From: a virus
DNA length: 64,000 nt
IMG/VR virus record: IMGVR_UViG_3300046616_000269
Coordinates: 6,617-70,616 of that record
Direction: 5' to 3' (one strand)
A program made the translations under genes and the position numbers. Shown here in pieces: positions 8,930 to 17,389 of this stretch (the stretch's first letter is position 1; the number at the start of each line of letters is the position of its first letter). The notes beneath the pieces are model-generated. The model was not told the DNA's origin and made no database searches. It was given only the letters and a program-made list of their open reading frames with translations.

Positions 8930-9654
8930 GCGTCTACTCCTTCATGGCTGCCAACGATGCCGACTGCATCGAAGTGGGCGTCGGCTTCCTGCCAAGCCTC
9001 GTCTATCACCTGGTCCATCAGTTCGACGATCCAGGCCCGGTGCTTGGCTGCCGTGACTAGGCTGACCTCCGCCAGGGCGGCCAGGTCGGTCATGGTCAGG
9101 GCCTTGCCGCTGAATATCTGCTCAACGACCGCCTTGCGCAAGACTGGTACCGTGCTGAAGCCCCGCTTACCGGGTTCCCGCTGGTCTTCGCCGCTGTCCT
9201 TCAGCATCAGGCAGGTAGCCGTTACGGCTGCCGACCACTTGGAATTCTCCGACCAGCCGCTGCAGCAAGGCCTGCGGCAGGCGCAGGGCGTGTGGGAACG
9301 CGTCAGGATGCCCGTCAGCACGACTTGATGGATCGGCTTGAGCTTGGCGAACTCCTGCAGGATAAAACCCGCCTGGGCGCTTCTTTCCATGGCCGTCAGC
9401 TTCAGCTGGCCGGGGCGGAAGGCGGCGCGGACGAGTTCGGCGTACTGGCGCCGTTCTTCCTCCAGCGGATCTTCGGCCTGCAGCAGCTTGTCGATCTCGG
9501 CACCGTAGCTCTTCTTCTTCGGCTTGCGCTTCTTGCGGATGCCTTCGGCCATGGCCTTACTCATGAACGGCGCCGGCATCTTCACGTCACCGCTGATGTT
9601 CAGGGCGAACACCAGGGCGCCCCTGGTGCTGTCGAATATGGGGGCGTCAGCCAT
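8926..9654 (-). CDS. putative late transcription regulator / Q-like antiterminator
   Basis: F.S...AL.FA.N, AQAG.I, CxCxxxCCSGW Zn motif and C-terminal HTH, resembling betaproteobacterial prophage late regulators; upstream of a promoter and terminators. Confidence 0.5.
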   Translation of the reverse strand: MADAPIFDSTRGALVFALNISGDVKMPAPFMSKAMAEGIRKKRKPKKKSYGAEIDKLLQAEDPLEEERRQYAELVRAAFRPGQLKLTAMERSAQAGFILQEFAKLKPIHQVVLTGILTRSHTPCACRRPCCSGWSENSKWSAAVTATCLMLKDSGEDQREPGKRGFSTVPVLRKAVVEQIFSGKALTMTDLAALAEVSLVTAAKHRAWIVELMDQVIDEAWQEADAHFDAVGIVGSHEGVDA

Positions 9655-9658
9655 CGCC

Positions 9659-10390
9659 TTACCGGGCTTCGATGAAGTAGTCGACCGCGGCTTGGCTCCA
9701 GCCTTCCAGGCGCGAGTAGATAGCGGGCTGCTGCAGCTGATCCAGGGTCAGCCATTGCGCGGACTCGATGACGCCGGTTTCCAGGGTCAGTTCGGTGGCA
9801 TGGGCGCCCAGCGTCGTCAAGATGCCCATGTGCACGCGGCCGACTGCGTTGGTGGGGTCGCTTATCAGCGCCACCATGTTCAGGTCATCGTTCAGGATCT
9901 TGAACATGCCGACTTCCTCTTCCAGCTCGCGGCGGGCTTCATCCTTCAGCCAGGACTCCAGGCCCTGGCCGAAAGGCGGCTCGGCGTCGACGTGGCCGCC
10001 GAGTCCGATGCTCAGGGCGCCATGCAGCCGGGCTTCGGCACCACCCTTGCCCCGGCTATAGCAGAACAAACGGTCTGTGGCATCGACAAGGACGATGTAC
10101 GGCAGCAGCTGCAAGGTCGTTTCATCGGTTTCACAGTCTTCTCGCTCTGCCAGATAAACAGGAGTTGCCCAGAAGCTCTGATGCAGGGTGATGGCGCGGG
10201 GCCGGGTCTTGTTGGCGAGATAGTTGTAGGGCGCGTCGGCCCGGTCGATGCATAGCGCCGGCCTGACCCAGGTCTGCGCCGGCAGCTTGGCCGGTCGGGT
10301 CCAGAAGGCGAAAGCCACTACGATGGCGATGAGCGTCAAGGTCATCAGAATGAAGGCGACCGTATGGGCGTTGGTACTGAAAATGTTCAT
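9659..10390 (-). CDS. NUDIX hydrolase with an N-terminal TM helix
   Basis: QLLPY, SIGLGGHV...ARRELEEEVG Nudix box, VGRVHMG. Confidence 0.8.
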   Translation of the reverse strand: MNIFSTNAHTVAFILMTLTLIAIVVAFAFWTRPAKLPAQTWVRPALCIDRADAPYNYLANKTRPRAITLHQSFWATPVYLAEREDCETDETTLQLLPYIVLVDATDRLFCYSRGKGGAEARLHGALSIGLGGHVDAEPPFGQGLESWLKDEARRELEEEVGMFKILNDDLNMVALISDPTNAVGRVHMGILTTLGAHATELTLETGVIESAQWLTLDQLQQPAIYSRLEGWSQAAVDYFIEAR

Positions 10391-10414
10391 GGGGTTCTCC
10401 GGGAGTTGCTGGGG

Positions 10415-10891
10415 CTAGTCTTGGAAGACCGTGGCAGAGTTGCCGTCGTGCTCGGCCACGAGGACCTGGGCGACGACCAGATTCAGTGGCGGCGTGATGC
10501 CGATTTCCAGCAGGTCGCCAACATAAAGCGGCAACCAGCCCTGCAGCTTCTCGAAGATCATCTGTGCAAAGGCTTCGCAGCCGGTCGCCCTGACGATGCG
10601 CATGTCGATGACTCCCGCCAGATGCAGCTTGGTCAGCTCGGCGCGTTCTGGGTCGTCCTGGGCGACCACGGTCGTGTGATCGAACTGTTCCTGCAGCCAT
10701 GCCTTCATCTGCTTCAAGGCGCCGAAGTCGACTACCCAGTTGCGGCTATCAAGGGCATCGGCCTCGAAGACGATTGTGATGGCAAGGGCGTAGCCGTGCA
10801 GCTTGCTGCAGTGACTCTTCGCCCGCCATTGACGGAAGCAGCAGGAAAGCCCCTGCTCGTGGCCGTAGCGCTTGATTGATTGAAATTTCAT
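10415..10891 (-). CDS. queD: 6-carboxytetrahydropterin synthase QueD
   Basis: SHCSKLHGY, WVVDFG.LK, FDHTT, GCEAFA and EHDGN motifs. Confidence 0.9.
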   Translation of the reverse strand: MKFQSIKRYGHEQGLSCCFRQWRAKSHCSKLHGYALAITIVFEADALDSRNWVVDFGALKQMKAWLQEQFDHTTVVAQDDPERAELTKLHLAGVIDMRIVRATGCEAFAQMIFEKLQGWLPLYVGDLLEIGITPPLNLVVAQVLVAEHDGNSATVFQD

Positions 10892-10904
10892 AGGGATGGG
10901 CCTC

Positions 10905-10936
10905 AAAAGAAAAGGGTGCCAGGATAGGCACCCTTT
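10905..10936 (-). terminator. intrinsic terminator between DUF932 and queD
   Basis: AAAGGGTGCC-N6-GGCACCCTTT followed by a T-tract. Confidence 0.7.
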
Positions 10937-10944
10937 ATCTATAC
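10937..10944 (-). promoter_or_regulatory. GTATAGAT putative phage-sigma promoter for queD
   Basis: Recurring 8-mer about 45 nt upstream of the start. Confidence 0.5.
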
Positions 10945-10959
10945 GGCTGCGCCTGGGAA

Positions 10960-11991
10960 TTAGACGACTAGCGCTTCAAAGGCCTGCCGCTTGAAGGCAT
11001 CACCGCGGCCGAACCATGCCGAGTCCAGGCGCGTGTCATCGGTGCGGCCCATGCTGTGGTCCACGTGCTCCGTGACGGCGTTCAGCAGGCCCCAGCGCGT
11101 GCCCTTGGCGGTCTTCATGTTGGCGCCCATGCCGCCGCCATCGAATAGGTCAAGGATGGTCGCCACGATGCGGTTATCGGGGTCGTCGACTGGCTTGCCC
11201 AGATCCATCAGGCCGCCCATCCATGACAGGTCGGGTTTCTTCACATCCTTCTCCTTCGGCGGCGCGAAGATGGCGGCCAGCAGGACGCGGGCTTCTTCCA
11301 TGTTGATGGGGGTGTCCGCCATTTCCCGCGCCCGTTCGACGTAGGCAGCAAAGCTGTTCTGTGCCACGCCCAGGGTCCGCTTGACGGCTTCGGGGTCGAA
11401 CACCGAGCGATGGCTGATACGCAGCGCCTTCTCGTTATCTTCCAGCGCGTAGGCCAGGGTATTGGCGCAGACAACGCGGATGGCCGTAGGGGCGGCTACC
11501 GTGCGCATGCTGCCGTCCAGGCTGGTGGCAAGCAGCAGGTTCTGCATGACTTCATCCTTGCCGCCGATCTTGGCGGACTCGCCATTACTTGCCATGGCCC
11601 AGAGCTTGCGGCCGCCACGCAGCGTGCCAGCCGTGTGGATATGCCAGCCGCCTTGCTCGGTCAGGTCGCGGAAGAACTCAAGGACTTCGCGCGGCTGGAC
11701 CTTCTGGTAGTTGGCGCCGACGATGGCGAGTGGCTTCAGGTTATCGCTGCGCCAGATGGCCTGGTGGTCTTCGTACTCGATCAGCTGGGGCTTGCCGCGC
11801 ACGCTGTCGACGGCCGGAATGAAGACCTGCGGCACGCCGCTTTCTGCCGTCCAGTCCATGCCTGCTTCCTTTGCCCAGACGCCGATGCTGGCGCCCTTGG
11901 TGATCTGCTGGCCGAGTCCATGCCAAGGGGTCTCGCCAACAAACGCCATTTCGGCGCGGCCGTTCGCGCGGAGAGTTAATTCATGTGCCAT
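10960..11991 (-). CDS. DUF932 (TIGR03299-like) phage/plasmid protein
   Basis: PWHGLG, TAG.L.GG, LLATSLDGS, RVVCANTL, WGLLNAVTE..DH. Confidence 0.9.
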   Translation of the reverse strand: MAHELTLRANGRAEMAFVGETPWHGLGQQITKGASIGVWAKEAGMDWTAESGVPQVFIPAVDSVRGKPQLIEYEDHQAIWRSDNLKPLAIVGANYQKVQPREVLEFFRDLTEQGGWHIHTAGTLRGGRKLWAMASNGESAKIGGKDEVMQNLLLATSLDGSMRTVAAPTAIRVVCANTLAYALEDNEKALRISHRSVFDPEAVKRTLGVAQNSFAAYVERAREMADTPINMEEARVLLAAIFAPPKEKDVKKPDLSWMGGLMDLGKPVDDPDNRIVATILDLFDGGGMGANMKTAKGTRWGLLNAVTEHVDHSMGRTDDTRLDSAWFGRGDAFKRQAFEALVV

Positions 11992-12011
11992 TTTCTAAGC
12001 TCCTAGAGGTG

Positions 12012-12440
12012 TTAAAGGACACGAGTCCATTGACGGCGCGCAGCATCTGCGAGCTTGCGCCGGGTTTCTTCACTGACTTTGCGGCCCTTGCGAACCGCGC
12101 TCAATTTTGCCCGCGTCTCTTCTGAGAGCGGGCCTTTCTTGCGGCCTAGGTGATAGGCCGCCTGCTTGGCGCGAACTTCTGCTGTCGCGCTTTTGCCCCG
12201 GAACCCCGTGGACGAGGTTTGATTCTTGTTGAATGGTGGTGCATGGTAGATGATGGCTTCCAGCTCGCGTGCCGAAGCGGATTCAAAATCCGCGTAGTCC
12301 TCCGTTGCCATCCGCGCCACGATGCGGCCATACTTGCGGATGAATGCCGTTTTTCTTTTCTCTGGTTGGTCACTGCGGCCAACGTAGAGCAGCGCGTCAT
12401 CTTCCCCGTAGAGGAAGTAGACCGACCAGACAGGTGCCAT
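12012..12440 (-). CDS. GIY-YIG homing endonuclease with NUMOD3 repeats
   Basis: VY....LLYVGRS, E...I...PPFN, SEETRAKLS repeats. Confidence 0.8.
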   Translation of the reverse strand: MAPVWSVYFLYGEDDALLYVGRSDQPEKRKTAFIRKYGRIVARMATEDYADFESASARELEAIIYHAPPFNKNQTSSTGFRGKSATAEVRAKQAAYHLGRKKGPLSEETRAKLSAVRKGRKVSEETRRKLADAARRQWTRVL

Positions 12441-12455
12441 TTTGATTTCCTTCAG

Positions 12456-12806
12456 TTATGGGCGACGTTGCCCCGCAAGCCCTGCACGCAAGGCTTGAAG
12501 AGTTGGGTCATTTTTTCTTGCGTGGCACCGGGACCCAGCGCCCCGACTTTTGCCAGCCGTGCAGGCCTTCATCAGCGCGGTCGATGCTGGCCGCTGCGCC
12601 GCGTGGCTGGACCTTGGCAGCTTTTGGAATGAAGGCTTCGGCTTCATCAAGCGTTGCGAAGGTGTAGGCGCGCGAAACATAGCGTCCAGAGTAGCCGCCG
12701 CGGTTGGCCCAGAACGTGACCCGGAAAGGCCAGGTCTTTGGATTCCAAGGGGGTGCATGGCGGCCTTGATAAGCTGGCCGACGTCTTCCGTTGCCGTTGC
12801 GTTCAT
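12456..12806 (-). CDS. hypothetical basic protein
   Basis: AAGGA RBS before MNATATED; fills the gap in the operon. Confidence 0.45.
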   Translation of the reverse strand: MNATATEDVGQLIKAAMHPLGIQRPGLSGSRSGPTAAATLDAMFRAPTPSQRLMKPKPSFQKLPRSSHAAQRPASTALMKACTAGKSRGAGSRCHARKNDPTLQALRAGLAGQRRP

Positions 12807-12834
12807 TTTCTTGCTTCCTTTGGATTGGTGGGAA

Positions 12835-13197
12835 TCAGCCTTGGTAGGCGCGGGCGTAATCTTCGCGGTCATCATCGCTGTCGCGGTCATCGTCCAGGTC
12901 GCCTTCTTCTTCCAGTGCTTGCATGGCGCGGGCTTCGTCGTCGCGCGGCGCGTACGTAACTGGTTCGCCGTTGTTGCAGATGTCTTCGCAGAGGTCGTTC
13001 ATGCAGCCTTCTTCAAGTTCTTCCAGCATGCCGGGCAGCATGTCGAGTTCTTCCTGCAGGTCGGCGGCGCGGATGCTGATCAGCGGGCCGTGCGTTGCGG
13101 CATCCAGCAGGTCCAGCTTGCGGATGGCGGCGGCCAGCAGATGCGCCTGAACTCCGGTCAGCTTGATTTCGTAGGCCTTCTTGATGTCTGTGTTCAT
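12835..13197 (-). CDS. hypothetical acidic early protein
   Basis: First gene after repeated promoter box 1. Confidence 0.6.
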   Translation of the reverse strand: MNTDIKKAYEIKLTGVQAHLLAAAIRKLDLLDAATHGPLISIRAADLQEELDMLPGMLEELEEGCMNDLCEDICNNGEPVTYAPRDDEARAMQALEEEGDLDDDRDSDDDREDYARAYQG

Positions 13198-13203
13198 GGT
13201 TTG

Positions 13204-13291
13204 CTTTCAGGATTTAATTGCGTTGATGAATTCTAACCTGTCTTTATAAAGATTCCCAGCGTCTTCCAGCTGAAAGTAAAAATATTTTTCA
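13204..13291 (-). promoter_or_regulatory. early promoter/operator box, copy 1
   Basis: TAGAAT -10; palindrome TCTTTATAAAGA; 25-bp CAGCTGAAAGTAAAAATATTTTTCA identical to copy 2. Confidence 0.7.
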
Positions 13292-13294
13292 CAA

Positions 13295-13319
13295 CAAAAA
13301 AGCCGCTCTACGGCGGCTT
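13295..13319 (-). terminator. intrinsic terminator
   Basis: AAGCCGC-loop-GCGGCTT followed by T6. Confidence 0.7.
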
Positions 13320-13450
13320 GGCGGGTGGCTTCTTCTTGGCGTCTGGATGCAGGCAGGCGTAAAGCGTGCCGCAGACCGGGCAGCGCTGCCCTGCTGGGGG
13401 CTCTGGGCAGGGCTGGTGGTAACGCTTGCTGCGGTGGTCCTGCCGCTTCT

Positions 13451-13879
13451 TCACTTCTGCCCCCAGCTGGTAGAAGCAGCGACCTCGCGTCGTACCATCT
13501 CATCAAGGAACTCGTTGGCATCTTCCCGGCTCCAGCGCGATACACCGGTCAGGAACGGCAGGATGGCGCCGCCGCACATGCTGCGTACGAAATCCCGTAC
13601 GGCTGCATCATCGCGTTCGCCCTGCCTGCGGATGGCGGTCGTGGCGTCGAACATGCAGACCTTCGTGCGACCGAGTATGCGCAGCAGCTCGCGGCGTTCG
13701 GCGGCCAGCTGGGGGTTGTAGGTTCGGGGGTCGGGCGAATCGACCTGCTCGATGTTCGCGGTCTTGGCGCCAGCCGGGTCGGCCATCACAGCCAGAAGGA
13801 TGGCAAGGAGGATTGCAGCGCGCAGCAGGATTCCGTTCATGAAGCGCGAGATAGCTGCGATGGCAGGTGGTTTGATCAT
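13451..13879 (-). CDS. secreted or membrane hypothetical protein
   Basis: Hydrophobic N-terminal signal with an AGA cleavage-like site. Confidence 0.55.
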   Translation of the reverse strand: MIKPPAIAAISRFMNGILLRAAILLAILLAVMADPAGAKTANIEQVDSPDPRTYNPQLAAERRELLRILGRTKVCMFDATTAIRRQGERDDAAVRDFVRSMCGGAILPFLTGVSRWSREDANEFLDEMVRREVAASTSWGQK

Positions 13880-13880
13880 T

Positions 13881-14111
13881 TCAGTCCTTCGAGTTGAGAT
13901 CGTAGTGGGCGACATCGATAACGATGCACAGGCGGTGCGGATACGTGCTCTGCAGAACGATGCCGCGGTTCAGCTCCTGGGGCGCATTGCTGACGGTCAA
14001 GAGGGCTTCCAGGGCGGTTCCCAGCATCTGGTGTAGGCGCTGGGCTTCTTCCAGGCCCAGGCGTACCTCTGCCTCCGTTGGCTTCGTCCGGGGCTCGCTG
14101 TTGATGCGCAT
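13881..14111 (-). CDS. hypothetical protein
   Basis: Tightly packed in the operon. Confidence 0.5.
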   Translation of the reverse strand: MRINSEPRTKPTEAEVRLGLEEAQRLHQMLGTALEALLTVSNAPQELNRGIVLQSTYPHRLCIVIDVAHYDLNSKD

Positions 14112-14112
14112 G

Positions 14113-14412
14113 TCAGTCTTTCTTGAATGGTGATGGCGTGAATTCCAGGTCCTTCCAACCCAGGCCTTTGTAGTTGCTGCGACAGCTCTTGCAGTCATGC
14201 CCGACGATGACGTGGTCCTTCAGCTCGTAGCAGCCGCCCAGGGTGTCGCCAAGCTGTTCCTGGCAGCGGGCGCAGTTAATGTAGCCGAAGCAGGATGTCA
14301 CGATCTTGCTGTGCCCTATCAGGGCGCAGACGATCTTGTTGCGCTGATCGTCTGGCAGAGCACCAAGGGCCTTCAGCTTCTTGGCTAGTTGCTTTTGCGA
14401 GATGTCTGGCAT
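14113..14412 (-). CDS. small Cys-rich (Zn-binding) protein
   Basis: C..GH, CARC and HDCKSC motifs. Confidence 0.6.
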   Translation of the reverse strand: MPDISQKQLAKKLKALGALPDDQRNKIVCALIGHSKIVTSCFGYINCARCQEQLGDTLGGCYELKDHVIVGHDCKSCRSNYKGLGWKDLEFTPSPFKKD

Positions 14413-14415
14413 GGC

Positions 14416-15393
14416 TTAGAACTTCAAGTCGATCTTCAGGCCGGCTGCTGCCTTCAAGGCTTCCAGGGCGCCGAAGGTTGCAGCGAGTGCCAGCTTGTCG
14501 TCTTCCTGCACCCACTTACGCACATCGAAGTCCAGGGGCTTCTTGGCATCCGTCAGGCACTTCGCCATGGCTTCGGCAAGGGTCTTGCCGAGTTCGGAAA
14601 GCTCGGCATCCGACAGCGCGCGCATCTTCAGCGTCTTGCCCTTCTTGGCGGCCTTGGCGCGGCGTTCCGTGTCCAGTGCCTTCTTGATGTCGGCTTTCTG
14701 GCCGCGCCCTGCGCCTGCCTTGGCCTGTTGGACAAGTTCAGCCTGCTTGCTGGCGTCGCCCTTGGCGTGCGTGGCAATCTGCTTTGCCATGGTCTTCCCG
14801 ATGCTGCCATCAGCGACCGCGGCCTTGACGCTGTCATCGGCGGCCATCAGATTCAGGATCTCCGTTACATGCATGGATTTCCGGCCAACGGCTGCGCAGA
14901 TCTGCTTGATGGTCATGCCGGCTTCCTTCATCTTGCTGTAAGCCATGGCTTCTTCCAGCGGCATGAAGGGCTTGCCGTCGTTCGCCACAAACATCTGAAT
15001 CAGGCTGGTTACTTCATCCTGCGCCTTATCCACGATGATGGCTGGCACGCCTTCGGGAAACTCGTGGCCGGCTTTCAGCAGCTTCTCGATGGCCGTTAGG
15101 CGGCGGTCGCCGTCCACCAGCTCGAACAGCTTGCCTTCCGGCGTGGCAGCGATGCGCTTGACGCGGATGGGGTTCAGCATGCCGTTCGCCTTGATGCTGG
15201 CGGCAAGGCCTTCGATGTCGCCGAAGTCGAAGCGCGGGTTAAAGCCATCCTTTCGGGTGATGGCGTGGGGGTCAAGGAAGAAGGCGCTGCTGCGCTTGGC
15301 GATGCCCGCCGCTTCCTTGCGGGCTGGGGCCGCCTTGGCGGATTCCTGGGCGCTGGCGATGGCTTCGGCTGCTTGCTTGGATGCGTCGGTCAT
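14416..15393 (-). CDS. parB: ParB/Spo0J-like protein
   Basis: FNPR, LAASIKANGML.PI.V, ELVDGDRRL box II and an HTH; GGAG RBS before MTDASK. Confidence 0.85.
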   Translation of the reverse strand: MTDASKQAAEAIASAQESAKAAPARKEAAGIAKRSSAFFLDPHAITRKDGFNPRFDFGDIEGLAASIKANGMLNPIRVKRIAATPEGKLFELVDGDRRLTAIEKLLKAGHEFPEGVPAIIVDKAQDEVTSLIQMFVANDGKPFMPLEEAMAYSKMKEAGMTIKQICAAVGRKSMHVTEILNLMAADDSVKAAVADGSIGKTMAKQIATHAKGDASKQAELVQQAKAGAGRGQKADIKKALDTERRAKAAKKGKTLKMRALSDAELSELGKTLAEAMAKCLTDAKKPLDFDVRKWVQEDDKLALAATFGALEALKAAAGLKIDLKF

Positions 15394-15466
15394 TTTGTAA
15401 TCTCCGTTGGGTTTGCTGTGCCGGGAAAATCCCCGTCTAAGCCCGCCTGGGCTTAGGCTGGAACTT

Positions 15467-15847
15467 TCAGATTTCAACCGGATACGTTGCGCGGTGGTTG
15501 CCCTGCAGATTCCAGAGCTGGCCGGGGCCGAAGTAGCCAGCTTCGATGTGGCCGCTGAGCCATTTGCCCATGTTGGCAACAACTTCGTTAGGGCCTGCCA
15601 GCAAGGGCTGGTTGCGGATTTCCACGATTTCAAAGCGGGCGCCGTGGTTGCAAACGACATCCCCAATTTTCAGTTCCGTGGCTTTCTTCATCTGGGTGGG
15701 GGCGATAACTTCGCCCCGGGTCGTTACGCGCCAGCCTGCTTTGATGGCCTTGGCGAGCAGCTTCTTGGCGCAATCCAGCTTGGTGGCGCTAGTTGCTTCG
15801 TTGCCGTAGATCGTGGCGGCTGCTGCTTGGATAGTTGCGTATTTCAT
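15467..15847 (-). CDS. hypothetical early protein
   Basis: First gene after promoter box 2. Confidence 0.6.
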   Translation of the reverse strand: MKYATIQAAAATIYGNEATSATKLDCAKKLLAKAIKAGWRVTTRGEVIAPTQMKKATELKIGDVVCNHGARFEIVEIRNQPLLAGPNEVVANMGKWLSGHIEAGYFGPGQLWNLQGNHRATYPVEI

Positions 15848-15854
15848 GGAAGGC

Positions 15855-15946
15855 CTTTCAGGTTAATTGCTGCGGTGATTGAATTCTAACCGTCTTTATA
15901 AAGACTTGTCACCACCAATTTCAGCTGAAAGTAAAAATATTTTTCA
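15855..15946 (-). promoter_or_regulatory. early promoter/operator box, copy 2
   Basis: GTGACA-N18-TAGAAT with the perfect palindrome GTCTTTATAAAGAC (15892-15905) in the spacer. Confidence 0.75.
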
Positions 15947-16189
15947 GTGCAGGCTGCCGAGCTGGGGTTCGACCCGCGCCACGTGGCAGGCTTCCCCTTC
16001 TTCCGTGCTGACGGCCACATCCGACGCCAGAACGTACTTCGCCCTTATTAGCACGCCTGCAGCGGCTTCGCGCTGGAAGGGCGCCCAGGGCACGCCTGGG
16101 CTGCTAATAAGGGCTTCCAGCCACTCCAGGGCCTGCGCTATGGGCCGGGTGCCGTCCGTGGTATCGACATCGAAGTCAGCGAGCTTCAT
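15944..16189 (-). CDS. hypothetical protein
   Basis: GGAGG RBS before MKLADF. Confidence 0.55.
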   Translation of the reverse strand: MKLADFDVDTTDGTRPIAQALEWLEALISSPGVPWAPFQREAAAGVLIRAKYVLASDVAVSTEEGEACHVARVEPQLGSLH

Positions 16190-16871
16190 TGTCGGCCTCC
16201 GGTGGCTGGTAGCCGCTGACGATGCGCTTGGCAACAACCGCGGCGAGTCCCGATGCAAGGTAGCCAGGGAATTCGGCGTCGAAGAGTTCGGCCACATGCT
16301 GGGCCTGCCCTGCTACCAGCTTCGGCGACAGCGGGGCTTTCGTGTAATGGCAGACCTCGCGGCTGCGCTTGATGACAAGACGTGCCAGGAACTTGTAGAT
16401 GGCTTGCCGCTCCGTCACGGTCATGGTCCCCAGCTTTGACGCCGTCATGAAATCGTCCACGGGGCGCCAACAGTTTATGGCCGTTAGTGCGCGTTTGACA
16501 AGCATGGGGGCTAAGCTGCCCCTATCCCCTGCCCCGATCACCGTTTGTAGGCCGTCGTAGACAGCCGTTGCCCACATGTCCTTGTCACGGGAACCTGTGC
16601 TGGCGTCCATCTGGGCGTCTAGTGCCAGCTTTGCCAGCAGTTCGCGGCGCTGGCTTACGGTAAGGTCAGCAGCCAGGTCAAGGACTGCGCCTACCTTATC
16701 TATTTTCTCTGGCGGCCCGACCTCAGGTAAAGAGCCCCCTATTACTATCCCCCCTTTAGAGGGGGGTAATAGGGGGGCTTTTGTTCGGGAGTTTTTTTCC
16801 TTAACACTAGCCACGTAAGCATTGGTCTCCGTGGCCTTGCGTGGGGGTCGGGTCAGGACAACTTTCTTCAT
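16176..16871 (-). CDS. hypothetical protein containing an internal inverted repeat (possible origin-associated gene)
   Basis: GAGGA RBS; atypical composition; inverted repeat at 16733-16779. Confidence 0.55.
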   Translation of the reverse strand: MKKVVLTRPPRKATETNAYVASVKEKNSRTKAPLLPPSKGGIVIGGSLPEVGPPEKIDKVGAVLDLAADLTVSQRRELLAKLALDAQMDASTGSRDKDMWATAVYDGLQTVIGAGDRGSLAPMLVKRALTAINCWRPVDDFMTASKLGTMTVTERQAIYKFLARLVIKRSREVCHYTKAPLSPKLVAGQAQHVAELFDAEFPGYLASGLAAVVAKRIVSGYQPPEADNEAR

Positions 16872-16898
16872 GGCGGATTTCCTCGTGTAAGGCAGGCG

Positions 16899-17285
16899 TT
16901 ATGCCGCGGTACGGCGTCGTTCTTGGCCCCGTGTGGGCGAGAGTCGTTCAGCCAACTTGCGGCCGAAGTCGGGCTTGGCTTTCGTCATGGTCTTCTTACC
17001 GCTACTAGCAGCTGGTGCATCCTTTTTCTTGGCGGCTACCGTGGGCTTGGGTCCGGGCGTGCTGGCGCCAACGGCCTGGGCGGCGGCTACGCTGAACTTC
17101 AGGCCGTGTTCTTTTGCCCAGGCTTTGATGACGGCCGGATCGAAGCGGACGCCGTAGCCAGGATGCTCGGCAACAGGCAGTGCTGTCTTGCCGGGGGTGC
17201 CCTTGCGCCAGTTGCTGATGGTCACGGCGCTGACGCCGAAGCCCGCGCAGAGTTGCTTGGTGGACAGGAAATTTTGCTTGGTCAT
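16899..17285 (-). CDS. HTH DNA-binding protein (excisionase/MerR-like)
   Basis: LSTKQLCAGFGVSAVTISNWRK...RFD. Confidence 0.7.
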   Translation of the reverse strand: MTKQNFLSTKQLCAGFGVSAVTISNWRKGTPGKTALPVAEHPGYGVRFDPAVIKAWAKEHGLKFSVAAAQAVGASTPGPKPTVAAKKKDAPAASSGKKTMTKAKPDFGRKLAERLSPTRGQERRRTAA

Positions 17286-17309
17286 TTTGACGCTCCGGTT
17301 GAGTTGATC

Positions 17310-17360
17310 GAATTTGAATTATATAAAGATTCGACCAATTTTGGCGGCCTTCGTATAGAT
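17310..17360. promoter_or_regulatory. divergent promoter region
   Basis: Leftward AATCTTTATATAATT (contains TATAAT); rightward GTATAGAT at 17353-17360. Confidence 0.6.
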
Positions 17361-17389
17361 GACCATCAAAGTTGATAAAGGAACTCCCG

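Noticed and set aside
10891-10950. Possible preQ1 riboswitch upstream of queD
   Set aside because: Lacks the preQ1-I loop and A-rich tail; explained by a plain terminator plus the promoter motif
15961-15983. GGGGTTCGACCCGCGCCA resembling a tRNA T-arm/CCA end or an attP site
   Set aside because: No acceptor, D or anticodon arms; lies in a CDS; no integrase in the window
14416-17285. Temperate or plasmid-prophage lifestyle suggested by ParB and an Xis-like HTH
   Set aside because: No integrase, ParA or CI-like repressor in the window; the rest of the genome is unseen
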